Positions 8,774-17,794 of a stretch of DNA of 64,000 nucleotides are shown here, in pieces (within the stretch, counting starts at the first letter, position 1; each line of letters opens with the position of its first letter). The position numbers and the translations under genes were made by a program. The notes under the pieces were generated by a model. It was not told the DNA's origin. It worked only from the letters and a program-made list of their open reading frames with translations, and did no database searches. This stretch comes from Candidatus Woesearchaeota archaeon (lineage in GTDB: Archaea > Nanobdellota > Nanobdellia > Pacearchaeales > UBA284): assembly GCA_964481435.1 (NCBI GenBank), contig CAYZTH010000001.1:7992-71991 (forward strand), read 5' to 3'.

Positions 8774-9400
8774 ATGATACCAAAAAAGATATTTTTTACT
8801 AAAGGCGTAGGAAGAGATAAAGAGAAATTAAAGTCTTTTGAGCTAGCTTTGAGAGATGCTGGAATCCAGCATTTTAATTTAGTAAATGTTTCAAGTATTA
8901 TGCCCCCTGGATGCAAGATAGTTCCAAGATCCCAGGGCTTGCAGGAGTTACATGCCGGGGAAATTGTTTTCTGCGTTATGGCTCGAAACGAAACAAATGA
9001 GCCAAATAGGCTTATTTCAGCCGCAATAGGTTGTGCAGTTCCTTCTGATCCAAACGCTTATGGTTATCTATCTGAGCACCACGACTTTGGTATGACGGAT
9101 TCTAATGCAGAGGATTATTCTGAAGACTTGGCAGCAACCATGCTTGCCTCTACTCTCGGAGTTGAATTTAATCCAGATGCGAGCTACGATGAAAGAAAAG
9201 AAGTTTGGAAGATCTCAGACAAATTTGTCAAGACAACAGCAATAGCACAATCAGCAGTGGGGGATAAAAATGGTCTATGGACTACGGTTGTTGCCGCAGT
9301 TATCTTTGTTCCTCCACAAGTTGAACCAAAAGGAGAATCGCTTCCTCCTATGCAAACAGAAATCACAACTGGAACCGCAAAAGATTCGGCCCAATCTTAA
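8774..9400 (+). CDS. pdaD: pyruvoyl-dependent arginine decarboxylase (PdaD) with ~40-aa C-terminal extension
   Basis: MIPKKIFFTKGVG start and the self-cleavage motif NLVNVSSIMPP (Ser-Ser pyruvoyl site); ATG at 8774 is preferred over the TTG at 8759 used by the ORF track. Confidence 0.75.
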   Translation: MIPKKIFFTKGVGRDKEKLKSFELALRDAGIQHFNLVNVSSIMPPGCKIVPRSQGLQELHAGEIVFCVMARNETNEPNRLISAAIGCAVPSDPNAYGYLSEHHDFGMTDSNAEDYSEDLAATMLASTLGVEFNPDASYDERKEVWKISDKFVKTTAIAQSAVGDKNGLWTTVVAAVIFVPPQVEPKGESLPPMQTEITTGTAKDSAQS

Positions 9401-9430
9401 GCTTTAAATATTCTCAGTTATTTAATAATT

Positions 9431-10348
9431 ATGGCAAATGAAATTTATGACCTGGCGATAGTTGGTGCAGGGGCAGCAGGATGTACTGCCGCAATATATT
9501 CTGCGAGAAGAAACTTGAAAACCCTCCTCCTAGATTCAAAAGCCATGGGGGGCTTATACACTGAAGCAACAATCATCGAAAACTATCCGGGTTTTGATAA
9601 AATTTCAGGCATAGAGCTGGCCCAGAAATTCCATAAGCAAGTTCAAGCACTCCCCATAAAGTTTATTCAAAAGGCTGTTGAAGACATAAAGAGTAAAAAA
9701 GATTTATTTGAAATCAAGACCGACAAAGAGACATTCGTAAGTAAAGCAATTATTATAACTTCTGGGCTTCAACCAAGAAATCTGGGTCTTGATACAGAGA
9801 AGAAATTTGTTGGTAAAGGAATAAGTTACTGTGCAACGTGTGACGCCCCTTTATTCCAGGGCAAGGATGTTGCAGTTGTTGGGGGAGGAAATTCTGCATT
9901 TTACTATGCTCTTCATCTTTCAGAGATATGCAATAAAGTCTATCTGATAAATATCAAAAAAGAATTCAGCGCAGACGATGTCGTTATATCAAAGGTCAAG
10001 TCCCAAAAAAATGTTGAATTCAAAGCCCCTTTTTCAGTATCAGAACTTAAGGGAAAGAATTTTTTAGAATCTATAAAAATAAAGCAAGATGGAAAAGAGC
10101 AAGTCCTTAATGTTTCAGGCTTGTTCATAGCAATAGGGCAAGAACCCAAGCTAGATTTCTTAAAAGACTTAAAACCCGCCCTTGGGGAAAAACACACTCT
10201 AAAAGTTGATGAAAATCTAAAAACATCGATAACAGGCATGTTCGCCGCAGGCGATGTCACCGGAACAGCGGGCCAAATAATAATTGCATGTGGCCAGGGA
10301 GCCAAGGCTGCCCTTAATGCGACCCAGTATCTTAAAGAAAAAGATTAA
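9431..10348 (+). CDS. trxB: thioredoxin-disulfide reductase
   Basis: FAD motif IVGAGAAG, redox-active CATCD, NADPH motif VVGGGNSA, C-terminal GDV...AAG FAD motif. Confidence 0.85.
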   Translation: MANEIYDLAIVGAGAAGCTAAIYSARRNLKTLLLDSKAMGGLYTEATIIENYPGFDKISGIELAQKFHKQVQALPIKFIQKAVEDIKSKKDLFEIKTDKETFVSKAIIITSGLQPRNLGLDTEKKFVGKGISYCATCDAPLFQGKDVAVVGGGNSAFYYALHLSEICNKVYLINIKKEFSADDVVISKVKSQKNVEFKAPFSVSELKGKNFLESIKIKQDGKEQVLNVSGLFIAIGQEPKLDFLKDLKPALGEKHTLKVDENLKTSITGMFAAGDVTGTAGQIIIACGQGAKAALNATQYLKEKD

Positions 10349-10363
10349 TAAAATTAATATAAA

Positions 10364-10948
10364 ATGGCAGAAGTGAAAGTTTTAATTGAAGGTTATGCAA
10401 AAAAAGATAAAAATGGCTGGTTAGCTTCTCCCGCAACAGTTCTAATCAAAGATAACGGTTTGAATATAATTGCAGATCCTGGTTCAAACAAAAAGCTTCT
10501 ACTTAAAAAACTAGCAGAAGAGAAGCTTAAACCCGAAGATATAAATCTTATATTTGTTACGCACTATCACCTAGACCATACTCTAAACATCAGACTTTTT
10601 CCAGATTGTGACGTATTAGATGGGACTGAAATAAATAGGGATGATAAAATCATAAGTTATTCTGATAAGATTCCTGGGACAAGTATTCAAGTAATTCAAA
10701 CTCCCGGACATGCTCACGAACATGCTTCATTGATTGTCAATACAAACAAAGGTAAGATCCTTATTGCAGGGGATTTATTCTGGTGGAGAACTGATGAAAA
10801 ACAGGCAACGGATTATGAAAGCTTGATAAAAAAACAAGACCCTTATGTCAAAGATGAGGAAGAGATTGAAGAAAGTAGAAAGATGGCTTTAGCCTTAGCA
10901 GACTGGGTTATTCCCGGTCATGGCAAGATGTTCAAGGTCAAAAAGTAA
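10364..10948 (+). CDS. MBL-fold metallo-hydrolase
   Basis: VTHYHLDH (HxHxDH) metal-binding motif; ~190-aa beta-lactamase fold. Confidence 0.7.
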   Translation: MAEVKVLIEGYAKKDKNGWLASPATVLIKDNGLNIIADPGSNKKLLLKKLAEEKLKPEDINLIFVTHYHLDHTLNIRLFPDCDVLDGTEINRDDKIISYSDKIPGTSIQVIQTPGHAHEHASLIVNTNKGKILIAGDLFWWRTDEKQATDYESLIKKQDPYVKDEEEIEESRKMALALADWVIPGHGKMFKVKK

Positions 10949-10950
10949 AA

Positions 10951-11024
10951 CGCACCCGAGAGGAGTTGAACCCCCAACCTAAGGCTTAGGATGCCTTCGC
11001 TCTATCCAGTTGAGCTACGGGTGC
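10951..11024 (-). tRNA. tRNA-Arg(CCT)
   Basis: Reverse complement folds as GCACCCG-TA-GCTC-AACTGGATA-GAGC-G-AAGGC-AUCCUAA-GCCTT-AGGTT-GGGGG-TTCAACT-CCTCT-CGGGTGC-G; anticodon CCT; T-stem has two G-U pairs. Confidence 0.75.
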
Positions 11025-11074
11025 TTGATATCTTTATCGATTATATATTTAAATAACTTCTTTAAGAAGAAGCA

Positions 11075-11146
11075 TGCGCCGGCCGGGGGTCGAACCCGGG
11101 TATATTGCTTGGAAGGCAATAGTCTTGACCACTGGACCACCAGCGC
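11075..11146 (-). tRNA. tRNA-Gly(TCC)
   Basis: Reverse complement: acceptor GCGCTGG/CCGGCGC (one G-U), D-arm GTC...GAC, anticodon stem ATTGC/GCAAT, loop CUUCCAA (anticodon TCC), T-arm CCGGG-TTCGACC-CCCGG, discriminator A. Confidence 0.7.
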
Positions 11147-11148
11147 GC

Positions 11149-12024
11149 TTAATTAAAGTATAAATTGAACTTTTTTAAATGTTTAGGATTAGCAGGTTTT
11201 ATTACTTCAAAAAACCTCTTGATATCCTCTTTTTTATACAAATAAACATTTTTCTTCCTTATGCCAAATTCAAAATCTATAAACTTTAGGCCACCTTTTA
11301 TTTGTTCTAAATAAACAGGGTCCCCACTGGATATTTCAACAACAGGGTCTTTTTTTCTTCTTATATAAAATGTTCCATCTGTATCAAATAGGCCCCTAAA
11401 ATAGTTAGCAAGGAGATTTTTATCAGAAAAAATTTCTTTAGGGATACCTAGTTTCCCCATTTTCCTTCCTTTTGGTAACTCAAATTCTTTTGTTAAAAAA
11501 TCAATTAATTCTTTGGAATATCCCCTTAACTTCAAATAATGATTAAATTTTTCAATATTGAACTTCATTTTAAAGAGTTCTTCAAATTTTTTCTTTAGAT
11601 ACAAGAAATAATTCGTATCACCCAAATTCCCTGTAACAGAAACTTCATGATTTATTTTGCTTAAATGCCCGTCTCCATTAAGAACGCCCAAAACTTCAGC
11701 AAGGTTCTGGTCTAAAATAGGTTTATTTATGCACTTTTTCAAATATTTTTCCATCACAATTATATCAAATTTTTTTGGATTAAATGAAGATATTTTTACC
11801 AATTTATCAAAAGTGATTTGAGGAATTAAGCAATCTCCTCTTTTGTATTTGAAAATCATATCTCTAGTAACCCCTAATTCCTTTGATAAATGGGGATAGG
11901 TAGAAACTTTTTCTTTAGCTTTTTTAAAGAGATTATTTCTTTCTAACGCATTAATCTTTATGAAATTAGCCATAATCCTTAGAAGAATTTCATATTTATA
12001 AATCTTATTATTTCTACTAACCAC
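11149..12024 (-). CDS. LAGLIDADG-family endonuclease, double-motif; stop codon 3 nt before the tRNA-Gly 5' end
   Basis: Motifs LAEVLGVLNGDGHL and FRGLFDTDGTFYI; C-terminal IKPANPKH tail matching the paralog at 6144-7031. Confidence 0.6.
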   Translation of the reverse strand: MVSRNNKIYKYEILLRIMANFIKINALERNNLFKKAKEKVSTYPHLSKELGVTRDMIFKYKRGDCLIPQITFDKLVKISSFNPKKFDIIVMEKYLKKCINKPILDQNLAEVLGVLNGDGHLSKINHEVSVTGNLGDTNYFLYLKKKFEELFKMKFNIEKFNHYLKLRGYSKELIDFLTKEFELPKGRKMGKLGIPKEIFSDKNLLANYFRGLFDTDGTFYIRRKKDPVVEISSGDPVYLEQIKGGLKFIDFEFGIRKKNVYLYKKEDIKRFFEVIKPANPKHLKKFNLYFN

Positions 12025-12062
12025 TATACTACCAACGCATGATTTTATCAGATATGCTCAAT

Positions 12063-12098
12063 TTAAAAACCTTTTTCACAGAAATGAAAGGTTTTTAA
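12063..12098. promoter_or_regulatory. perfect 12-bp inverted repeat (TTAAAAACCTTT-N12-AAAGGTTTTTAA) in the divergent intergenic region
   Basis: Read directly; sits between the LAGLIDADG start (12024) and the secF start (12121); candidate operator or hairpin. Confidence 0.35.
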
Positions 12099-12120
12099 AC
12101 ACCCCCCGCTAATCATAAAA

Positions 12121-13143
12121 ATGGAACCAGAAGACAATATTGCTAAGGCAGATGGTGTTTCTGAGAATAAGGTCGAAGAATTAAAAGAAGAAAAGACCGA
12201 AGTAAAAGAGATAAAACCTGAAAAAGTAAAAGAAAAAGGGCCCAAAAAACCATTTAGACTTATTCCGACTTCTGCATGGTATGATAAACACTATAAGAAA
12301 CTTCTGATCATATGGATAATTATCTCCATTTTGATTATTGCTCAGCTCGTTTTTATGGTAGCAACAACTGGCGATATAATGCGCAAGGATGTCTCACTTA
12401 CAGGAGGAACTTCTATAAGTGTCTACACAAACGCTACGATGAACACGAAAGAATTAGCTGCTTCTTTAAAAGCCAGTCTGAATCAAGAGGTTTCTGTTCG
12501 AACACTGACTGAGATCTCTTCAGGAAAACAGATTGCCTTTATTGTTGAAACCAAGGCGGACGCAAATCAGACACAGACCGCGCTTGAAGAAAGATTGGGC
12601 TATACTTTGGACTCAGGCAATTCCACAATAGAGACGTCTGGTTCAAATCTAAGCAAGTCTTTCTATAGGCAATTGATAATCGCCTTGATACTGGCATTCA
12701 TTTTCATGGGAATAACTGTTTTCATAATATTCAGGGTACCAATCCCAAGCCTGGCAATAATCCAGTGCGGAGTTTTTGATACTATTGGTGCTTTAGCCAT
12801 AGCAAATTTATTCGGAATACAGATGTCCACGGCGGGTATAGCTGCCTTGCTTATGCTTGTCGGGTACTCAGTAGATACTGACACGCTTCTGACAACGAAA
12901 GTCATCAAAAGAAAAAGCGAAGGCAATACAAATTCAAGAATCAAATCTTCATTCAAAACAGGGATAATAATGACCCTGACCTCCTTAGTAGCAGTAATAA
13001 CTGGATACTTCATTGTAACCTCTCCTGTCTTAAAACAAATATTCTTTGTTTTATCAGCAGGACTGGTAATTGACCTATTTGGGACATGGTTTGGCAACGC
13101 AGCAATACTTAAATGGTACTGTAAGAAGAAGGGAATAAACTAA
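12121..13143 (+). CDS. secF: protein-export membrane protein SecF, with charged N-terminal extension
   Basis: TM1, periplasmic domain and 5 TMs; LVGYSVDTDTLLTTKVIKRK matches the SecF motif region; adjacent to secD. Confidence 0.7.
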   Translation: MEPEDNIAKADGVSENKVEELKEEKTEVKEIKPEKVKEKGPKKPFRLIPTSAWYDKHYKKLLIIWIIISILIIAQLVFMVATTGDIMRKDVSLTGGTSISVYTNATMNTKELAASLKASLNQEVSVRTLTEISSGKQIAFIVETKADANQTQTALEERLGYTLDSGNSTIETSGSNLSKSFYRQLIIALILAFIFMGITVFIIFRVPIPSLAIIQCGVFDTIGALAIANLFGIQMSTAGIAALLMLVGYSVDTDTLLTTKVIKRKSEGNTNSRIKSSFKTGIIMTLTSLVAVITGYFIVTSPVLKQIFFVLSAGLVIDLFGTWFGNAAILKWYCKKKGIN

Positions 13144-13177
13144 ATATAATTAACAAAATAAATAAAACTTATAAAAA

Positions 13178-14908
13178 ATGGCAAAAGTATCTTGGAAAAT
13201 ATGGCTCTTGGTTATTGCGTTGATTATAGCTCTTGCTTTGATAATTAATTTTAAAGCTTTTTCCGGAGGTGTGGAAATCAATGATATAAATACAAATTCT
13301 TCTGCATTTAATGCCGGAATTGCAAGAGGAGAGATACTAAAAGAAATAAATGGAGTTAAAATCAATTCTATTCCGGAGTTTTATAATGAAATTTCCAAAA
13401 TACAGATTGTTCCAAGAACGCTGACTATCCAGACCGAAGATAAACTCATTACATATCAGACTTCCCAGATAGACTTCAGCATAGATAACCGGACTGTTTC
13501 TTTCGTTTCCGGAGATTCTGAAAAAGCCGGCCTAAAAGTTGGCATGATTGTAGAATCCATAGATAATTATTCCCTCGCGAGTTTTTCTTTTTCAGACATT
13601 AGAAAAGAAATCGAACCATCTGTAAAAATTGAGATTCTGACCGACGTGAATGATTATATCTTTTTGACTACAAAAGACCCGGGCATAACTGTAACAAAAC
13701 TTTCTAAGTGGAATGTAAAAACAGGGCTGGATATACAAGGAGGTTCAAGAGCATTGATATCCCCTGAAAAGAAACTTGATGCCCAAGAGATGATTAATTT
13801 TAAATCAGTTATAGAACAGAGACTTAATACTTATGGAATTAAAGACGTAGTTATTCGTGATGCAAGCAATCCTTTTACAAGTGAGCAGTACCTTATTATT
13901 GAGATTGCGGGCGCAACACCAAAGGAACTTCAAGAGCTTATATCCCAACAGGGAAAATTTGAAGCCAAAATCGGCAACAGTACCGTCTTTGTCGGAGGAA
14001 TGGGGGACATTAAGCATGTTTGCCAAGGAGATGGTTCATGCGAATTTGTTGAACCTGCCCAATTATCGGGAAGTTCATACTTTGCTAAGTTCAGTTTCAC
14101 CATAGATTTATCTCCAAAAGCTGCTCAGAGACAAGCCCAGGCAACATCAAGACTTTCTGAAAATTTAAGTCAGGGAAAAGGATATCTCAATGAAACAATT
14201 GACTTATATCTAGATGATACTTTATTAGACAAACTTCTTATTTCATCTGATCTAAAAGGAAAAGAAGTGACAACAGTAACAATTTCGGGTTCTGGAGTCG
14301 GCAATTCCAAAGCAGATGCTGTTAAAGATTCTCAAAACAGTATGAAAAAATTACAGACTATCCTCATTACAGGAAGCCTGCCTTTCAAGATAAGGATAGA
14401 TAAGATAGACACCATTTCTCCAACCGTTGGCCAAGAATTCAATCAAAACATAATCTTCGCAATAATTGCCATTTTCATTGTAGTCTGCTTGATTATATAT
14501 TTAAGATTCAGAAAGCTGAAGATTGTCCTTCCAGTGATAATAACACTAGCTTCAGAAGTTATTTTGACACTAGGTATCGCTGCCCTGATTAAATGGAATT
14601 TAGATCTTCCTAGTATTGCAGGTATAATTGCGGCCATTGGTACAGGGGTTGATGATCAGATTGTCATGATTGATGAGTCTGAAACCTCCAAGGAGTATGG
14701 GATAAAAGAGAGAATCAAAAGAGCTTTTTTCATAATCTTTGCAGCCTATGCCACAGTTATGGTTTCTTTAGTTCCTCTCTGGTTTGCAGGAGCAGGCCTA
14801 TTGAAAGGTTTTGCACTGACAACAGCAATAGGAATAACTGTTGGAGTCTTCATAACAAGGCCTGCATTTGCGGAATTCCTCAAAATCATTAAAAAAGATA
14901 AAGACTGA
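13178..14908 (+). CDS. secD: protein-export membrane protein SecD
   Basis: 576 aa; GLDIQGGSRALIS (SecD GLDLxGG motif), large periplasmic domain, C-terminal 6-TM bundle with GIIAAIGTGVDDQIVMIDE. Confidence 0.8.
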   Translation: MAKVSWKIWLLVIALIIALALIINFKAFSGGVEINDINTNSSAFNAGIARGEILKEINGVKINSIPEFYNEISKIQIVPRTLTIQTEDKLITYQTSQIDFSIDNRTVSFVSGDSEKAGLKVGMIVESIDNYSLASFSFSDIRKEIEPSVKIEILTDVNDYIFLTTKDPGITVTKLSKWNVKTGLDIQGGSRALISPEKKLDAQEMINFKSVIEQRLNTYGIKDVVIRDASNPFTSEQYLIIEIAGATPKELQELISQQGKFEAKIGNSTVFVGGMGDIKHVCQGDGSCEFVEPAQLSGSSYFAKFSFTIDLSPKAAQRQAQATSRLSENLSQGKGYLNETIDLYLDDTLLDKLLISSDLKGKEVTTVTISGSGVGNSKADAVKDSQNSMKKLQTILITGSLPFKIRIDKIDTISPTVGQEFNQNIIFAIIAIFIVVCLIIYLRFRKLKIVLPVIITLASEVILTLGIAALIKWNLDLPSIAGIIAAIGTGVDDQIVMIDESETSKEYGIKERIKRAFFIIFAAYATVMVSLVPLWFAGAGLLKGFALTTAIGITVGVFITRPAFAEFLKIIKKDKD

Positions 14909-14919
14909 AAAGCCCAGAT

Positions 14920-15339
14920 ATGCTTCCCCACATACATGTGATTATCTCGCTAATAGCCTCACTAATCCTCTATGCTCTGAAAATAAATCCTCTTTTTATT
15001 TTATTATTCTTCTTAGCTTCGATTTTGATAGATTTCGATCACTATCTGTTATATGTTTTCAGAAAAAAGAAGTTCAACCTCTTCAAAGCATATAGTTACT
15101 GTCGAAATGATTCTGAAAGAGAATTCTTAAAAGAAGGGAAGAAAAGAGTCTTATTCGTTTTTCATAATGTTGAGATTTTTTTGATTCTGTTTATTCTTTC
15201 TTTTTTCATAAGTTTCTTTGTGCCTATTGTTTTAGGATATGTATTTCATTCGATAATTGATATTATAACTGAAATGCCCGAGAAAGTTAAAAAAGATTGG
15301 TCAATTATCCATTACTGTACTGGAATCATCAAAAATTAG
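14920..15339 (+). CDS. hypothetical membrane protein
   Basis: 139 aa; 3-4 predicted TM helices; no recognisable motif. Confidence 0.3.
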   Translation: MLPHIHVIISLIASLILYALKINPLFILLFFLASILIDFDHYLLYVFRKKKFNLFKAYSYCRNDSEREFLKEGKKRVLFVFHNVEIFLILFILSFFISFFVPIVLGYVFHSIIDIITEMPEKVKKDWSIIHYCTGIIKN

Positions 15340-15439
15340 AAACTCTTTGGTGCCCAGAAAACTTCTTTGGCATACCAAAAATTGAATAATTTTTTAGCAT
15401 GCGAGATATCCTACTCATACCAAAAAAGTGGTCGTATTC

Positions 15440-16615
15440 TTAATTTCTGTTTTCCAATAATCCCCTGATGGTGTTTATCTCTTTTTTGCTTAAGTCAGGA
15501 TTATTGGGAATATAAAAGCCGAAATTATGGATTATTTCGGCATTTTTCATCGCGTGTTTTTTATCTTTAAAGAAAGGCTGATTGACTATACAGCCAGCAA
15601 CAATTGGTCGAATCTCTACTTTTTTATCAAATTTATTTTTATAGTGTTCAAAAGTTTCCTTATTTTTGCATATAACCGGATAAGCAAAATTTGAGATAAA
15701 ATCCATGTGCCTTAAATTTAATCTTAAAAAATCCGGATTTTTTCTAGCAGAAAGATCATATCGTATAAAAGTGCTCATTCTTTTTCTTATAGTTTCAGGA
15801 AGATATTTCAGTTGCTCACATCCAAGAAAACCAGTAATCTCCGTGGGCCTAAGATTATATCCACTTATGTAAAAGCAGTATTTCTCATAAAAATCATCAA
15901 TTTGATGTTTATTCTTAAGTTCAGCCCTTTTTGTTGGATTAAGATTTCTGCCCCATCCATGGGCTCTTACCATGATCAGCATATTGTATAAATCTTCGTC
16001 ATCAGTGCAGACCATTCCGCCCTCAATAGTTGAGAGATGATGCCCGACATAGAATGAAAAAGTGCTTGCCAAACCAAAATTTCCCAATTTTTGATTCTTT
16101 ATTGTGCTTCCAAGGGATTCGCAATTATCCTCGATAAGGATAATTCCTTTTTTATTGCAAATCTCTTTTATCTTATCTAGATCTCCACAAAAACCAAGCA
16201 AGTTTGTTACAAAAAGAGCACTTATCTTCTTTTTATTCAGGCTCTCTAAAAGATTTTCTGAAGTGATATTAAGATTCTCTAAAGAGACGTCAATAGGTAC
16301 TGGATTCATATTTAATTGGGTTATTGGCATGACATTTGTTGCCCAGGTCACGGCAGAAAAACCCACATTTTTTCCCTCTTTAAGAAGACCAAGGTTAACC
16401 AGGGAGTGTATTAGAACAAGATTTGCAGAACTTCCGCTGTTGAACAGAACCGCGTATTTTCTGCCCTGATCGCGAGCAAACCTAGTTTCAAATTCCTTGC
16501 ATTTTTTGCCCATGCTTAGTTTCTTTGACTTCCAGATGAAATTATTTAATAAGAATTTTGTTTTAAATTCTTTATAGAACGTTTTTTTCATCAATAAGAT
16601 TATCTTTTTTTTCAT
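15440..16615 (-). CDS. PLP/PMP-dependent nucleotide-sugar 3-dehydratase of the DegT fold, ColD/E1-like (GDP-4-keto-6-deoxymannose 3-dehydratase candidate)
   Basis: DegT/DnrJ/EryC1-type sequence (NSGSSANL, IEDNCESLGS) but the Schiff-base Lys position reads FSFYVGHHLSTIEGG. His-His replaces Lys, as in ColD/E1 3-dehydrases rather than aminotransferases. Confidence 0.6.
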   Translation of the reverse strand: MKKKIILLMKKTFYKEFKTKFLLNNFIWKSKKLSMGKKCKEFETRFARDQGRKYAVLFNSGSSANLVLIHSLVNLGLLKEGKNVGFSAVTWATNVMPITQLNMNPVPIDVSLENLNITSENLLESLNKKKISALFVTNLLGFCGDLDKIKEICNKKGIILIEDNCESLGSTIKNQKLGNFGLASTFSFYVGHHLSTIEGGMVCTDDEDLYNMLIMVRAHGWGRNLNPTKRAELKNKHQIDDFYEKYCFYISGYNLRPTEITGFLGCEQLKYLPETIRKRMSTFIRYDLSARKNPDFLRLNLRHMDFISNFAYPVICKNKETFEHYKNKFDKKVEIRPIVAGCIVNQPFFKDKKHAMKNAEIIHNFGFYIPNNPDLSKKEINTIRGLLENRN

Positions 16616-16785
16616 TTTTCAGATTTTTAAAAGGATTCTTTTCTAGTTAAAAATGATTTAAAAAGTTTGTCTTCTCCGAAGAGAATAGCACTATCACTCA
16701 GTCGCAAAAAAAGTATATCCTACGGCCCTTTTATGAGCTTATTATTTTGACAAAGTTTATAAACCAAAAGATGCGTTCTTAAAAC

Positions 16786-17730
16786 ATGGAAAAAACAGAC
16801 AGGATCTTGGTCACCGGTTCTAATGGCTTTTTAGGAAAGGCCCTACTCTCCAAATTAAGAGGGCGCGGCTATACCAATCTAGTATTATTTACTAAAGAAG
16901 AATATGATATAGTTAAAGAGGCAGAAGTTGATAGGCTTTTCAAGGAAAAAGGGCCTTTTGATGTAGTTATACATCTTGCGGCAGTTATCGGTGGCATAGG
17001 ATTCAATAAAAGAAATCCAGGGTTATCTTTCTATGGCAATCTGATGATGAATACCCTAATGCAAGAATACTCAAGGATAAATAAAGTTAAAAAATTTGTA
17101 GGTATCGGGAGTGTTTGTGAATATCCTAAATTTACAGAAGTCCCATTTAAAGAAAAGAATCTCTGGGACGGTTATCCAGAAGAGACAAATGCGCCCTATG
17201 GGCTCTCAAAGAAGATGATGCTTGTACAATCACAGGCATACAGGGAGCAGTATGGATTTAATGGAATACATCTTTTACAAGTTAATCTCTATGGCCCCTG
17301 GGATAATTTTAGCCTTAATGATTCTCATGTAATTGCCGCTCTAATTCTAAAATTCCACAATGCAAAAGAAAAGAATCTCAATGAAGTTACTCTCTGGGGC
17401 ACAGGAAGTGCTTCAAGGGAATTTTTATATGTTGAAGATGCTGCAGAAGCGATAGTTTTGGCAATGGAGAGATATGATAAATCCGAGCCAGTGAACATAG
17501 GGGCAAGCAGGGAATTAACAATTAAAGAAGTTGCAGAGATAATCTCTAAGAACATTGGTTTCAAAGGGAAGATAATCTGGGACACATCAAAGCCAGATGG
17601 GCAGCCAAGAAGATGTCTTGACACAAGCAAAGCAAAAGAAGAATTTGGTTTTACCGCTAAGACTAGTTTTGAAGAAGGCATCAAGAAGACGGTAGAATGG
17701 TATGAATCGCAGAAGAAAAAAGGTCTTTGA
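16786..17730 (+). CDS. fcl: GDP-L-fucose synthase-like epimerase/reductase (Fcl/GMER; could function as ColC)
   Basis: SDR Rossmann start ILVTGSNGFLG; catalytic YGLSKKMMLVQSQAYREQYG (YxxxK) and NLYGPWDNF, both typical of Fcl. Confidence 0.75.
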   Translation: MEKTDRILVTGSNGFLGKALLSKLRGRGYTNLVLFTKEEYDIVKEAEVDRLFKEKGPFDVVIHLAAVIGGIGFNKRNPGLSFYGNLMMNTLMQEYSRINKVKKFVGIGSVCEYPKFTEVPFKEKNLWDGYPEETNAPYGLSKKMMLVQSQAYREQYGFNGIHLLQVNLYGPWDNFSLNDSHVIAALILKFHNAKEKNLNEVTLWGTGSASREFLYVEDAAEAIVLAMERYDKSEPVNIGASRELTIKEVAEIISKNIGFKGKIIWDTSKPDGQPRRCLDTSKAKEEFGFTAKTSFEEGIKKTVEWYESQKKKGL

Positions 17731-17794
17731 ATTAATATTTTTCTTATAGGCCGTATATAACAAAGAATATAAATCTAGTTTATTCTAATCTGTT

